Part shown: positions 21,691 to 35,169 of the stretch, piece by piece | How positions within the stretch are numbered: position 1 is the stretch's first letter | Layout of the letters: the number at the start of each line of letters is the position of its first letter | From: Camelus dromedarius | Taxonomy: Eukaryota | Reading direction: 5' to 3' | DNA: 64,000 nt | NCBI RefSeq assembly: GCF_036321535.1 | Contig: NC_087437.1 | Span: 121,832,001-121,896,000, forward strand | Program-made: the position numbers and the translations under genes | The notes under the pieces: generated by a model | The model's database searches: none | The model's input: only the letters and a program-made list of their open reading frames with translations | What the model was told of the DNA's origin: nothing

Positions 21691-23929
21691 TCAGGGAGGC
21701 TGGGGGCTCCCTGCCTAGCGTCCCTGGGTACGGCCGGCTTGCCCCACCAGCCACACTTCCTTGAAGCTGCTGCTTGGCCCCCTTGTGAATTGCTTGCTTT
21801 ATCAAGGTCCTTAACGAGGAAGCGCGAGCAAGGTCTGCTTCCTGATGGAGAGTCCGAGGGGCAGCTGACCCTGTGAGCCATGGGACAGGGGCGACTGGCC
21901 AGGCCCCTGAGGCTGGAGGGGACGGATGGGGACGCCACGTGGCCCCGAGTCAGACCGGCCACCTTGGCAAGTGCAGCGGCGCCGTCTCTGTCGTGCTGCT
22001 TAACCCCAGGCGGCCCGGTGCCTGTTTCTGCAGCCGTCTGGGGCCCCGAGGGGCTCCTCACACAGGCCTTAGTCACTGGCTGGAGGCGTTCACTCACCGT
22101 CCCCTGCTGCCTCCCTCCCACTCAGCCGTGAGCTCTGGGCCAAGAGCCGCGTCTTCAGGGCATCTGATCTACACATGGGTCTCGTCCCACCCCCAACCCC
22201 AAGATGCGTGGACAGGACCCGGGTCCCTTCCCACGTGGCACCACTGCCGTCCCACTCAGGTCCCCTCCTAGGCTGCAGCTCAAGGAGGGGGAACAGGGGG
22301 CCCAGGGTGGGGCACTCGTGCCCCTGGGCTGGGCCCTCGTGCGGACTCTGGGCCTCTGCAGCGTCACCCTCGACAAAGGCTCGTCTTCCAAGCTGGTCGG
22401 CAGCCCCGGGCCACCGCCAGGCTCAGCACGGGCAGGGCGAGTGTGAGGCCCCCTCTGGGTCTTCCTGCAGACCCCATGGGGTCAGTGGGCCTGCCCCATC
22501 CCGAGGGAGCACCCGGACCCGACCCGCCAGCCACACGGGGCTCAGCTTCAACGTCCACAACCCCTCGTGGAGGCCCTGCCCGCCTCCAGGATGGGCGAGG
22601 GCGCGACGGACGGGCTCAGATGTGCCCAGGCTCAAGCACAGCAGAGGGCTCCCCACACCTGTGGCCCCAGACCGCTCCCTGCCGCTGGATGCCATCTTCT
22701 GCGTAGGGTTTGGGCCTCCACCTCGTACCCCATCCTCCCTGCATCACTCAGGGGTTGGGGACTTGCAGGCCACTCGGCTGCTCCTTAAGGCCTTGGCCGC
22801 GTGGCACATGCTCTCCTGCCATGTCCCACTGGGGAGACCAGGCTCCAGGCCACCTGCACGCAGGGTGGGGGGTGTCACAGCCGGAAGACAGGGGACTGAT
22901 GTGGTGGGAGGCTGGGGGGAAGACAAGAGACACTGGGGTCTGGGAGTGAGGCGCCTGCTGGAGGAAGGAACAGAGGGAGCCGGTGGGGGCGTGGGGAGGG
23001 GAGATGTGCAGGAGGGGCCCCCAGGTGGGAACTATCTACACTTGTGCGGGACGCGCCCACGCCCCACCCACTCCAATGTGGACGGAATCTGAACCCAGGT
23101 GTGGGTGTTCCTTGTGAGACCAGGATGGGCACCTTCTTCCTTAAACTGAGGCGGCGTGATCTCTCCTGCAGTGAGGTGCTGTTTGTGGGAGCAGGCATGA
23201 GGGGCCTGGACGGTTTACGACCACTGGGTCGAGGATTGTCTGGGTCTCAATCCAGCCCCGGAGCTCGGGCCGCGAGAGGGATGGGCTGCGAGAATTCTCG
23301 GGGGCAAAGAGGTTTTTAAAAAGTGGTGCAGAAAGTTCACTCAAGCTTCTTCTCCACAATTTTTGTGTTTTGACGATTTTCATAATAAACGGATCGATGT
23401 CTAAAAACTTTATTCTTTCCATTGAAAATAGACTTGTAGCGATTAATTCTACCACCAATTTGATTTGACTCAGCAATTGGGAAACCAACGGGAAACCTTT
23501 AGCAAGGAGAATTAGCTAATCAGACTTTTGAACGGATTTTCTTTTTTATTTCCTTATTTTTTTTTAAATTGGTACAAAACTAAAAACATTTAAACACAGC
23601 AAAGGGAATAAATTAGATGCAGGTTTCTGTCTGCCCCTCCCACGCAGACTTCAGATCTCTCCCCACTATTGTGACCACGTGTGACCTTTCAGAAACGCAC
23701 AGCATCGGGTATGGGCGTGCGCACACGTGTCACTCCCACGCATCCGTGAGATGGTGCCGTGTGAGGCTGCTCTGCATCTCGGCAGTTTGGATGAGTGATG
23801 TGCTGAAGAGCTCCTCCCGACAGCCCGGCCCCCTCCCTCACACCCCCTAGCCTGTGGCTGCTGTCGTCTTGTTGAACAAGGTGCATAAAACTTTCCTTAT
23901 GGTTGTGGTCTTAGGATTCTGTCAACGTT

Positions 23930-24560
23930 CGCACACGCCACACCAGCACTCACATGCAAACCCTCCTGCAGGCACAGAGCCCATGCACGTGCAACACCCC
24001 CCCCAGACGTGCTTCCCACCTGCACCTCCCCGTGCACACACCCTTGAACACACACACATCGACACCTGGCACACAGCCCATGCACACCTGCACACACATA
24101 CCAGACGTGTTTACACAGGTGTGGCAGGGCTGCCCTCCCTCCAGAGGCTCCATGGAGGGTCCTTCCTGACTCTCCTGGCTTCTGGTGCTGCTGGTGCTGC
24201 TGGGCTCCAGACTGCCTCACCACAGCCTCTGCTGCCATCTTCACGTGACCTTCCCCGGTGTCTGTGTCTGTGTCTCTGTGTCCAGATTCCCTCTGCTTAT
24301 CAGGACAGTCCCCTTCAGTGTGACCTCATCATATCTTGATGACATCTGCAAAGATCCTGTTTCCAAAAAAGGCCACATTCACAGGTTCTGGGTGATCATG
24401 AACTTTGCGGCCACCATTCATGCCAGTACCCTTCCCACCCACACATACACACACACACACTGACACCTCTGCCATGCAAACCACGCACACAGACAAGCCC
24501 CCATACACATGCATACACCCCCCAACACATGCACACTGCACCCCACACCCCCAGGGACCC
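23930..24560. repeat. CA-rich low-complexity tracts flanking an MLT1 LTR
   Basis: Degenerate cacac/catgcac runs at 23930-24115 and 24435-24560. Confidence 0.6.
24116..24430 (-). mobile_element. MaLR LTR (MLT1C-like), partial
   Basis: 'tgacctcatc...acatctgcaaagatcctgtttccaaa...ggccacattcacagg' is the MLT1 reverse-strand signature. Confidence 0.75.
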
Positions 24561-27500
24561 TCCCTGCTCCATCTGCGTCCCCCCCGTCTTCCCACGCGGC
24601 GCCCACCCCCCGACCGGGCACCTCGCTGTGGCCTTCCCCCATCTCAACCTGAGCCGAGTGGTTGTGGGGCTCCCACCCTGGCTCCAGCGCTGCCCGCACA
24701 GCTGCTGGCCGCTGGACCCTGCTGTCCTGGCAGCAAGGCCGCCTGCAGCCAGGACCCCCCATCCAGAGTGCCCCTGGCTGTGCGGGGCTCCCCTCCCCAC
24801 TGCCTCAGCCGGGCCTTTTCACCTGTGATCCCGGGTCCCGGTTCCCGTTAGGGACTCCTTTTGCATTTTCTCCCCCAGGAGACCTCGGCCAGGAGCCAGG
24901 ACACTCAAGGGCCTGCGTAACCCTGGCCCCACGCTGGGCTGCAGACCTTCCCTGACATCTGTTCTCCTGGGGGAGGGGTTTGTACCGAAACGAAGCGTCT
25001 GTGTGAACAGCAGAGTGAGTGTTTACACCGGGCGGGAACTTTGAAAACCCAAGCTCATGCATGCGATGGGCTGCCCACCTTCCTGTCCCTCTGGGTGGTC
25101 AAGACTGTCAAGGACAGCCCGCTGCACGGTTGCTGGGGTGGAGTGAAGGAAGCGTGGGACCCGGCCCGAGGGACTGCGGGTCTTTTAAGGAAATACCTCT
25201 AAACACGCAGCGTCGTTTGTTAAGGCTTCTTTGTAAATGTCGGGAGAACAGAGTACAATTAAAATACGGTAAACCCGAAGCATCTGATCCTTTTGCGAGT
25301 CTCCCAGAAAACACGGCCACCGCTAAAGCGCCCCCCCACCCGGGCCAGCGTCGTCTCCCTGAGCTCACGCGTGAGTCTTCCCCTGCACGCCCGTCTCAGG
25401 GCGCCACGAGCTCGTGTCCTCCTGGCTGTCTGGAAGGGGGAGAAGTAGCCCCGACTCCTGAGGGTGCGACAAGTGCCGTCGTGCGGGCTTCGGACACTTC
25501 TCGGCCACCTCCGAGAACTGCGGTGTGTCACAGTCCACTCTGACCACAGTGTTAATGTCCCTTCCGTACGCAAACCCCAGCAACCCCCGTCTCACCCCAT
25601 CATGGCACCAGCGCAAAGCCCCGGATGCCACCATCTAAGCAATTCCCAGTCCGCGAAGCGCTGCGCTGCCTCCAGGAAGGTGTTTCCTCAGGCGCAGTCC
25701 CTCTTGCCCTTGAGAGCGACGAACTGAAGTGTCCTCCTCTGAGCATGAGGTTCTCCAGGACACCCGGTGCGGCGTGGGGGTCTCTGTCTGGACCCCGGCC
25801 TTGCCCAGGCCGCAGGCTCCCCCTCCCCCACTAGGACCTCTTCCAATCGGGGCTCCAGGTCACAAGGGCCCTCTGACCCTGCTGCTGTCTCACGGAGTTG
25901 CTTCTGGATTCTCACAGCTTCCCTTGCTCACGGCCAGCTCAGCCGTGCTTTAAAAATATTGTGACGCACATTTGCCGAGATGTCTGTGCTCCGTATGGGA
26001 GGGGTCTTGGGTGGGCAGAGCCCGCACTTGCTTCCCTTCCCACTCACCCCTGGAGGAGATGCAGAGGGAGGGGGCGCTTACCGCCCTGGAGAAGGAGCAG
26101 CCGCTGGGGAGACCGCCTGACTTTCCATAGCTGCTCTCTGCCTGTTTCCCGCGTGGGGAAGGTGGGGCTCACAAGGCTGGACATCCAGCCGCGGTCACCG
26201 GGCCCAGCGCAGGGCTCAGCCAGGCCTTCCTGAAGTCCCGCTCTGTGGGCTGTGCCGGGCAGGTGGCAGCTGAGCTGAAAACCTAGCCAACCTGCTTTGG
26301 AGCCTCAGGGCTCCGTGCACGTTGCTCAGAGCCGGCGGCGCCCGGCCGCACTGCCCACCCCTCCTTCACAGTGGTGACCACAGCCAGCTGGGAGGGATGG
26401 GGCTGGGGTGGGACCCTGGCCTCCCAGCCTGCCTGCCTCATTCTGGTGGGGCCCTCCCTGTCCTCTGGGGGCTGCACCCTTCCCAGGATGTCACGTTCTG
26501 GGATCCAGGGACAAAGCCCACTCTCCTGCTTTGGAGCCCCCAGGTGCCCCCACCTGCCTTTTTAGTGGGGCCAGCAGGGATATCCGCAGAGACGGGTCAG
26601 AAATTGCCCTCCTTCTGCCTGTCACCCCCGGCTGCAAACGCAGTCTGGCACGTTGGCATGGTCCGATCAAACACCCATTCCCCAGCGCTGCCAGGACGGC
26701 CGGAAGGGGAGGCAGAAAGTTCTGTGCTCCCGCCAGACTGAAAGCCATGCTGGGCCGGTGGGGAGGCTGTGCCTAGGCGCCCAGGGCCTCTGAGAGGAAG
26801 ACTCCGGTTGGGGGAGCAGGGGGCAGTAGAGGCAGCCCCAGGGAGCCTCAGGCAGGAGAGGACCCATGACCGGGCTCCAGGGTAAGGGACAGAGCCCAGG
26901 CTGCCCTGTCCAGAGCCGGGGTCTTCTGCCTCCCCATCTCCGGGCTACCTGCTGGGGTTGGACAGCCGCCCCCTCTGGCCCAGGACCTGCCTCTTCCCAT
27001 AGCTCACAGCCCAGGGGTCTTCCCTGGGGGCTCTGGCACAGGGAGGACCATCTCGCCGATACTGTCCCTCCCTCTCTGCTGTCCCGGCTGCAGACCCTAC
27101 GCCCTGACGGCTTTTCCCTCCCCCTGCTGGGAGCAGGAAGGAACCCACCCAGCTGCCCCCCGCTACCACTGCGTTGGGAGCAGGCCACCCACAGAGGCCA
27201 CCAGTAGGGTGAGTGCCTCTTTCCTGGGCCGGGTGCTGCCTGGCAGCCGAGGACGGGGCAGGGGGACTCTGCTCCCTGCACTGTCTGTCGGGCAGGGGCA
27301 GGGGGGCAGGTCCAGGAGGGTCTCCAGCAGGTGGGCTTCACCATGACCCGCCTGAACATCTGCTCTCGGGGTGGGGGCTCCACATGCTGGGACAACAGTG
27401 AAAAAGCTGCCAGGGCCCTGCCTGGGCGAGGGGTGGGGGGCTCTGCTTCTACTGGCTGGAGGCGGCTACGGGCTTGCTGGGGGCTCTGGGGCTGGGGCAG

Positions 27501-29670
27501 AGGGCTCGCCAGGTCGGGGCTGGGAACGGTCTCTGAGCAGGATGAGGTGTGAGCCATGGCCCCGGCGCGGCAGGGCCAGGGCAGCTGGAGTGGGCGCCCG
27601 GACACCTGGGGCCCGTGGGCTCAGGGAGGACTCGGGCACTGACGGGGTCTTGAGCAGGGGGGTCTCACCTGACTTCGGTTTTCGGGAGGATCTTCCTGGT
27701 GGCTGTGCTGAGGGCAGACTGTAGGGTGACGGGGTGCCCGGGGGGAACAATTACTAGGCTCTGGGAATAATCCAGAAACCTAAAGAGGGCTTGGACCAGG
27801 GCTGCAGCTAAAGGCTCTGCGGGGGCTGGGGTGGAGTGTGGAAGCCCTCTGAAGGCGAGCCAAAGGGCACCCCGACGGGCTCAGTTCTGGTGTGAGGGAG
27901 AAAGGGCTCTGCTGGAGGACGGCCCTCCGTAGGCCAGGTCTCCGGAGGCGCGTGGAGTCAAGTGTCCGCAGGGTCCTGAAGACCCAGACAGACACGCATC
28001 CAGGAGGGAGGAGGGGTCCGCTCTCAGCTGGCAGAAAGGCCCAGACGGGCTGTATTTATACAGCCACTTAGACGGAGCCGCCTCCTCCCTCCCTCCCTCC
28101 CTCGGTGTCCTGTGCTCTGTCTCTCTCTGTGGTGGCCTAGCAGTGACCCGGGGACCCCAGAGGCCCACTGGGTCCCTTCCACGTTCAGGTCTGGTTGGCT
28201 CCGGTTGGTGACCAGGGGGGCCAGGAGCCCGCATCGTGCCCCGGGTCAGCTGCCACCAGCCGGCCTGTCCTCCCCACACCATTTAGGGCCCCGATGTGGA
28301 GACACCGGCCCACCCGGCCTCCCTGTCCCTGAACTTCTGGGCCCCGGGGGAGGCCAGCCTTTCTTCTGGGTGCGTCCTTATTCACCGCGCTGCTTGGAGA
28401 AGTCCGGGCCCTCCTCTCCACCTCTGACCTCCAGACGTCCGGGTGGGAACCCAGCAGGCACGCCCCTCCCCCCCGGAGCTGTGCTTTCTGCTTTCAGCAT
28501 TTGCTCTGGAGAAGCATTTGCACTCATGCACACGCACATGCACACGCAGAGAAGTTCACACACGCACACACATAGGTATACCCGAGGGTGCTTGTTACCA
28601 CAGCGCTTGAAATAGTAAGGAAAAGGAGGCCGTGAACCTTACCTTCCATGTCCAAGCCAGCCTTAACACACTTGTGGCCACTAACGAAGCCCGAAGGAGC
28701 CCCTCACGGCGGGGAGGGGTGCGGCCACCACGTGTGGGATCCGTTCCACGGCAAAGGAACATCATCAGCAAATTTACTTGTGAAGAAGGGTGCAAAATCT
28801 AAAATTACAAAAGTGGCTGCATGAACCTGACAATGAATTAAAAACTGACACCTGTGATCAGATGGGCTGGTCCCAGGAGCGCGGGGTGACTTCTCCGCAG
28901 GAGCGTTGGCCCGCGCGGCCGCTGGCCTGCAGGGCTGCGCCGGGTGTGACGCGTGGTCCGGCTGCCTCCCCGCCGAGGGGAGCTGCTTCTGCGTTGGCGA
29001 GGCGGCTGTTTAATCCAGCGCTCTCTGCCCGCGCGCTCTCTGCCCGTCCATCTGCTGTCACGGGCGACGTCTCGAGTGCTCTGCCCGGCTGGGTGATTCC
29101 TGCCTCTGACGCTGCGGCTTTTGCTTCCTGCACTTAGAGACTGTGAGCAAGGGTCAGGGGACCGGGAGCCACCGTTCCTGGGCTGTGCGGTCCCTTCTGG
29201 CCGAACTGTGGGGGCAGCTTCAGTGGGCCTGATCCGCTCCCGGAGGCCCAGCCCCAGGGACTTCCGGGCAGAGGTGGATGGTGCAGGGCAGGAGTGGGGG
29301 TCCACATCCAGCTGTCCCCTCCCGAGGCACAGAGGGTCGCCCACAGCTCTCCCCTTTAGCGCAGAGCATGGGCACTTCAGCCCCCCAGGCCCACAGGGAC
29401 CAGAGGCCCCGGCAGACGCTCCGGAGCCAGACCAGTGAGCTCCAATCTGGGGAGACCCCCAGGCGCTGGCTGGGCCGAGTGGGCACAGGCTGGGATCTGT
29501 GCGGCAGACCCGGGGACGCACGCCTGGCCTGCCCTGGACTCAGGGAAACCGCAGGCGGGGGGTCAGGGTGGCGGTCCAGGTGAGCCCTCAGACGGCTCGT
29601 CCCCCGGGCTCTTCTTCCGAGCTGCGAGTGCTCACTTAATTTCATTTCCAGGCTTTAAAAACAAGCCCCT

Positions 29671-29795
29671 GGGGGGAAGGTGTAGCTCAAGTGGCAGAGC
29701 ACATGCTTAGCATGCACAAGGTCCTGGGTTCAGTCCCCAGTACCTCCTCTAAAAGTAAATAAAGACCTCCCCCCACCAAAATAAAAACACAAAAC
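29671..29795 (+). mobile_element. tRNA-Ala-derived SINE (camelid vic-1-like), near full length
   Basis: A box TAGCTCAAGTGG, Ala(AGC)-like GCTTAGCATGC, B box GGTTCAGTCCC, then gtacctcctct and an A-rich tail; imperfect flanking repeat acaagcccctg / acaaaaccctg. Confidence 0.9.
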
Positions 29796-32459
29796 CCTGA
29801 CAGGAGGGGTCATGCTGATTCGGGCAGAGGCAGCCATGTCCTGCTCTGAAAGGATACGTGTGCATCTCTTCTGCGGCCCCTGGGGACAGGGCCCGTGAAG
29901 TGTTTAAGGCACAAGTGAACAAAGCATCTGGCTGTGGACTCGGGCTGGGAAGAGCCCGGCGCCCGGAAAGCCTGGGCGAGACGGTGCGAGTCTGGAGGAT
30001 ACGCCGCTTTCTTGGCTGTTCCTGGACGTCTGTTAAGTGGGTCCGGTAACAACTCCTCCAGATATAATTTGGGTCAGCTGCGCCTGGTGGCGACCTCCAC
30101 GCGAGGGACTCTGTGGCCCACCCCATCCGGTGTCCCCGGGTCCCCCAGGCCCTCATAACTGGCCCACGCCGCCCCCTGCCGTCAGCACATGGAAAGTGCG
30201 TCCAGAGCTCAGGCCAAAGTGTGAGAACCACGCGGCTCAGAATCCAGGGACCCAAATGTCGGGCTGCAGCGCTGACGTCCCCTTCTTTCTTCCAACTCGA
30301 TATCAAAATTTGGCTCAGTATCAGGACCATGTCTTAACTTGTGGTTCCAAGTAAAGAAAGAAGCCTCAATTAGGGGGAAGTGAACAAAGTTTGGAAAACA
30401 AAACAGCGGTGTTCTTTGCTTCTGGGGTGACTTCTGGCAAGGTGCAGGACGAGGCTGTGTGCTCGTCCCCTCGTGGCCACGCGATCATAAGCAGCATCTT
30501 GGCACAGAACACTTGGCACTGCCGGGGCGCTGCGGGTTAGGCAGAGCAGGCACTTCCAAGGCTCCCTGCTCCTGGCCGACGGCATCGCCCAGAGAACACT
30601 TTGTGGAGACCTGGCTGGTGTAGGAGGAGCTCAGGGGAGCCCTGGGGACACAGCCCAGCCCCAGAACACAGGACTTGATAGGAAAGGCCGATCACCCGAG
30701 GAAGCACACGAACTCCTGCAGAGGCCTGCGCACCTGAGGGCTCATAGGCCATGTCAGCTCTCAGTTCTGGGGAATCTGATCGTGTCTTGGTAGAATCCTC
30801 ACTCCAGAACTTCTAGACCCAGCAGGGCCCAGGCTCCCAGGGCTGGAAACAGAACGGCCTGCGTGGGTCGTCGGGCGAGAACTGCTGAGAGTCCCTGCCC
30901 TTCGGGGCTTCTCCCAGCTGCTCCGCCTGAGTCTGGTGAACTGTTTCACTGCCCAGTAAGCCCACCCGACTGTACAAATGGCAGTGGCTTGGCTGAATCC
31001 ATCCCCTGAGTCAGTGTGTGCTCAGAACTGTCGCTGTGAGATGAGGTGTTGAGGGGGCTGAGTTGGGAGAAGCCTGAGCGGGTAAGGAGAGCCCTGCAGC
31101 CCCCCAGGATGAGGGGCCAGCGTGCCCAGTCTGAGAGGTGCTGAGGGTCAGCAGCTCCCATGAGCTGGCGCTGAGCTCCAGCCATGGCCACACCTGTGTG
31201 GGACAGAGTGTCCACTGCTGCCCCCGTGTGAGGCCCCTCCCTGTGGCCCTGGCCACCACTCAGGCTCCTTGGTGAGTCCTGGGATGGCTGGGCAGGAGGC
31301 TGACTGAGTCACAGAGTGGCCACTCCCGCAGGGGGAGGGAGAATTCTCCCACTGGGCCCACCAGGTCTGGTGCTTCTTTCCCAGGTCCCCCCATGGCCCC
31401 GTCCCCACCTGCAGGCCACTTCCCCTTTTTAGGCTCCCAGCGACTGCTTTTCCCCACCCTTTGTCCACCCGGCCTCACTGTCCCTTCACGCCAAGGTGAT
31501 TTGAGGTGCAGCCGTGTTCCTGGGGGGTAGGGATTCTTTTCGAGTTCCCGGGGCGCAGAAGAGGCTTAGGCTGCCGAGAACCCGCGGCTGGGATGACAAG
31601 AGCATCGTCGAGCAGCGTCAGGGAGAGGATGGTGCCCTGGCCACGTGCCCAGACGCATGTGTGTGGGGGAGGCAGCCTCAGAGACGGAAGTGCGTTTCTG
31701 GGTATGAGATGGGGTGACCAAGGCTGCAGTGTCAGGTGGCCAGGGAGCAAATCTGAATCTTAGTTAGACAGGGAAGACAGTTCAGCTCTTCTCGGACAGC
31801 TTTTAGCTGAGGACATGTCGCACCAAGAGCATCAAATTTTAAGTAAGTCCAGAAGTGATGCAAATGCAGCCTGACAGAGGCTGTCTCCTAAAACGCACAA
31901 GGGCAAAGATAAGCTGTGAGTCAGAGCCTTGAAAGCAACATGAAACCCTGGCAGTTTGGGTGCGTCCTGTCGTTTTCCAGGGAGTGGAGTCGTGGCTCTA
32001 TTCACGGTCACCCTGCTCTCAGGAGGGACACTTTGTTCTTCGTTCACGGGGACAGACCCCCACAGGCGTCACCACAGTGCCGGCCCGAGACCCCTCCTAT
32101 GGGACGTGGGGATGTAGAAGACCAGGCCCCCCCGGGACTCGCGCCTGATGCCTGGGGTCTGCAGGGCATAAGCAGCAGAGATTTTGCTCCATATTTGTAC
32201 ATTTAACCTTCCGTCGTGAGAGAGAAACTTGCCTTCACTGAAGTATGAACGCAGACTGCGGGCCAGTGTCAGAGGGACCCGTGTCCCACGAAGGGCCGGC
32301 CACGTCCGCAGAGATGGGCAGGGTCATGGGGCAGAGGCAGGCGGGCACCCTCCCCGGACCTTCTCTCGCGGCATGGTGTGTGGTGCTCTGCACTTCCCGG
32401 GGCTCTGGTCAGTGGAGTCACGCATCGTGCAGTGCAGCTCTTACTAAATTTCACTCACA

Positions 32460-33030
32460 TCGCAGACAACCACGTTGAAGGGGAGCAGAGTGATACAAAA
32501 CCTGGAAACAGTAAAAGAGGGGAAAAGTGTGATAAGGAAGGCATTTCACAAATGCTTAATCTGAGTCCTGGACGGGGGGGGGGTGGGGGGGGAAGCAGTG
32601 TGAGCCAAAGAAAGCGTCACAGAGACAATGGCTGAGAATTCCCTAAAGCCGAGCACTGAAACACCATGCAGGAAAACAGAAAAGAAGTCTGGCCTGAGAA
32701 CAACAGAATGAAGAACTGGAAATCACGGACAAAGAGAAAAAAATGAACGTGGAAGAAAGGATTTCCACGGCCCCTCCCCCGAAGAACTGATTAAAATTTA
32801 TCCCTGTACTTTGCACACAGAAGGACCACGACTCCAGGTGGGTGTCGGGGGAAGGCAACTGAAGACCACGAAGAGGAAAGATCGGGGTAAATCCAATGGC
32901 CCTGGGTGCATAAAACTACAGCAATAACCTCCATGGGCTTGAAGAACACGCAGGACTGAAACAGCAAAGCACAGGACCGGACAGGGGTGGGAAATAGGCC
33001 AGAAGTGGGCAGAGTGGTCTGAGATGCACC
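32460..33030 (+). mobile_element. Ancient L1 (L1ME-like) ORF1 fragment
   Basis: 'gagacaatggctgagaattccc' and 'gacaaagagaaaa' ORF1-like motifs; an ORF2 C-terminal-like piece resumes at ~34276-34380. Confidence 0.5.
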
Positions 33031-33039
33031 AGTGTCCAG

Positions 33040-34275
33040 CAGAGCTCAGCAGCTCCGGCCCAGCCCAGAAGAGCCGCCTAGCCGAGGCTCAGGGTTGTGG
33101 GCTGAGTATGAGGTTGTTGATTCAAGCTTTTAAGTTTTGAGGTGGTTTGTTATGCAGCAAAGCTGACTGAGACAGAGTGCCTCCTTGGGCAAGCAGAGCT
33201 GGGGGTGATGAGGAATTTATTCCTGGAGGTTGGAAGCGTGAAGCTGATGTCATGTAATTTCTAAATGACTGGAACCTATCTGTCGCCTGGGATGGCAGAA
33301 AATAATCTGACTGTGAGCCTCAGCAGGAGGCTTTACAGGAGGACTTAGAAAGTGTCCACTGGCAGCTTTTAGCTGCCTATGGTCATGTACAAAAGAGAAA
33401 CAGGAACTAAAGAATTGTTCAGTTTGCAGTCTTGCAGGGTGTCTAGAAAGGGCAGGGCTTGCTGGGTTTCACAGTGTGTGTCTCAGACATTCTCAAGATG
33501 ATAACTGGCCTCAGGGTTAGTCCAGTCAAGGGGCAAGACCCCTCTGAAAGGCTGAAGGCAGTACTGGACTAAAGGACTCGTAAGGACACAGCCCCACAGA
33601 TACGGGATCCCTCGCAGCAGTGGGAGCCGCCCCAGCGAGACTGGTGTGGCCATGGGGGCAGACACAGGCTCTTTAGTTCTTCAGTCTCTGGAGAGGATAA
33701 AGAACTTTGAGCCTGAGGCCACTGTTGGAGGGACTGGGGGGTCCTGGGAAGGGCTGAGACTGTTTTACACATGGAGGATGGAGAGTCATTTGGGGCCGGA
33801 GGGTGGGCCGTGGTGGATTTTGAGTGTGGCGGGAGATTCCTGCCTGCCTGTCTTCATGCTGGCTGAGTGTGTCTCTGGGTGCTCCTCAGTCCCTGTCCTC
33901 CACTGGAGACTTACTTTAACCGAGGGATGGTGGCCAGTGGGGCATGTGCAGAGATCTGAATGCATCTGCTCCCTGGCCTTGCTGTCTTGCTGCCCTCGAG
34001 CGTCTTGAGGCTGCCACCACTGCGCCCCTGCAGCCCGATCACCCTGCGTCCTGCTGGCCCGCCTGCCCATCCAGAATGTGAGGGAGGCATCACGGATCAC
34101 CCTGCCAACAGCCAACCCCCCAGCTGGCACAGACGCACAGAGGGGTCCCAGAGATCAACAGCCAGTCCAGCCGAGGACAGCCCCGCCAGGCCCACATTCA
34201 TGAGACAAACACACTGCTCATGTTCTAAACCTGCAGGTTTGGGTGGTTTGTTACACAGCCAGTGCTGACTGATAA
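33040..34275 (+). mobile_element. MaLR element with partial 5' LTR, internal region and 3' LTR (MLT1F/G/H-like)
   Basis: Two LTR ends 'ggtggtttgtta(t/c)(g/a)cagc...gctgactga' at ~33140-33174 and ~34243-34275, with MLT1-int-like sequence between. Confidence 0.7.
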
Positions 34276-35169
34276 AACTCCCATTTCACAGCATCCACAA
34301 AAACCAACTCCAAGGAGACTGTGGAACTAAAAATGAAAGACAAAACAAAGTTTTCCACAGGATGATGATCGAGGATATTAGGACAGTGTGTCCCGCCGCT
34401 CCTGGGACCCAGTCCCATGGTGCACTTCCCTTTGCTTCTCAAGTTGTGCTCAGGGACAGAAGCATCATAAAGCACATTTCAGAACAGTTGGAAGTTGAAA
34501 TTATATTTAAATCAAAACTCTGAATTAAGAGTTAGCACTTAGAATGAGCTTCAGTTTCGGGAGGTTACACTCGTGCTTTGCCATGTCTTGGACAGCAGCT
34601 ACCAGACCCCGCGTTCCCCTGGGTGTGTCCCAGTCTGGTCTCAGGCAGGACAGCTCCTCCTGGACATCTGGTGACCTCCTGTTTCCTCGAGGGCCTGGCC
34701 CTGGGCTGGGCTCTGGGGTCTCTGCACATTTGTGTCAGAGCCTGGGTCTCCCTGTGGCTGCTGAGGGAGGCCGCAGTGGAGGAGGACCCAGCGCTCAGCG
34801 GGCTTGAGGGGCTGGCGGGGCTGGCGGGCTGGAGGCCTCAGGCAAGTGGCTGAGCTGAGAGCCCAGCTCTCCTTCCAGACAGTTCTCTGGACTCGTGCCC
34901 CAGGTTCCCTGGGAGTCAGCACCAAGGGGTGTGGACAGCTGGGTGTTCTGTGGAGCAGACCCAGTGATTTAAAGAGAACGCAGCCTTTCAGCGTTTCCTG
35001 CATGAACAGGGCCGAGGTGCGTTTGCGTCTGTGTGGCCCAGCCCGGCCTCCTTTTCTGAGGAGCTGGGCATCTTCAGGGGATGGACCGAGCACTGGGGTC
35101 TCTTTCCTGGGGGGCTGGCCCTGCACCATGCCCACCACTCACCTCCCTCGAGGAGAGCCAGTGCACCAG

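Noticed and set aside
29671..29750. tRNA-Ala gene
   Set aside because: Continues into the SINE-specific tail and related copies occur at 11791 and 38239; it is a SINE
26250..30185. Partial CTCF-like motifs (~26255, ~28207, ~30170)
   Set aside because: Core mismatches; expected by chance in GC-rich DNA
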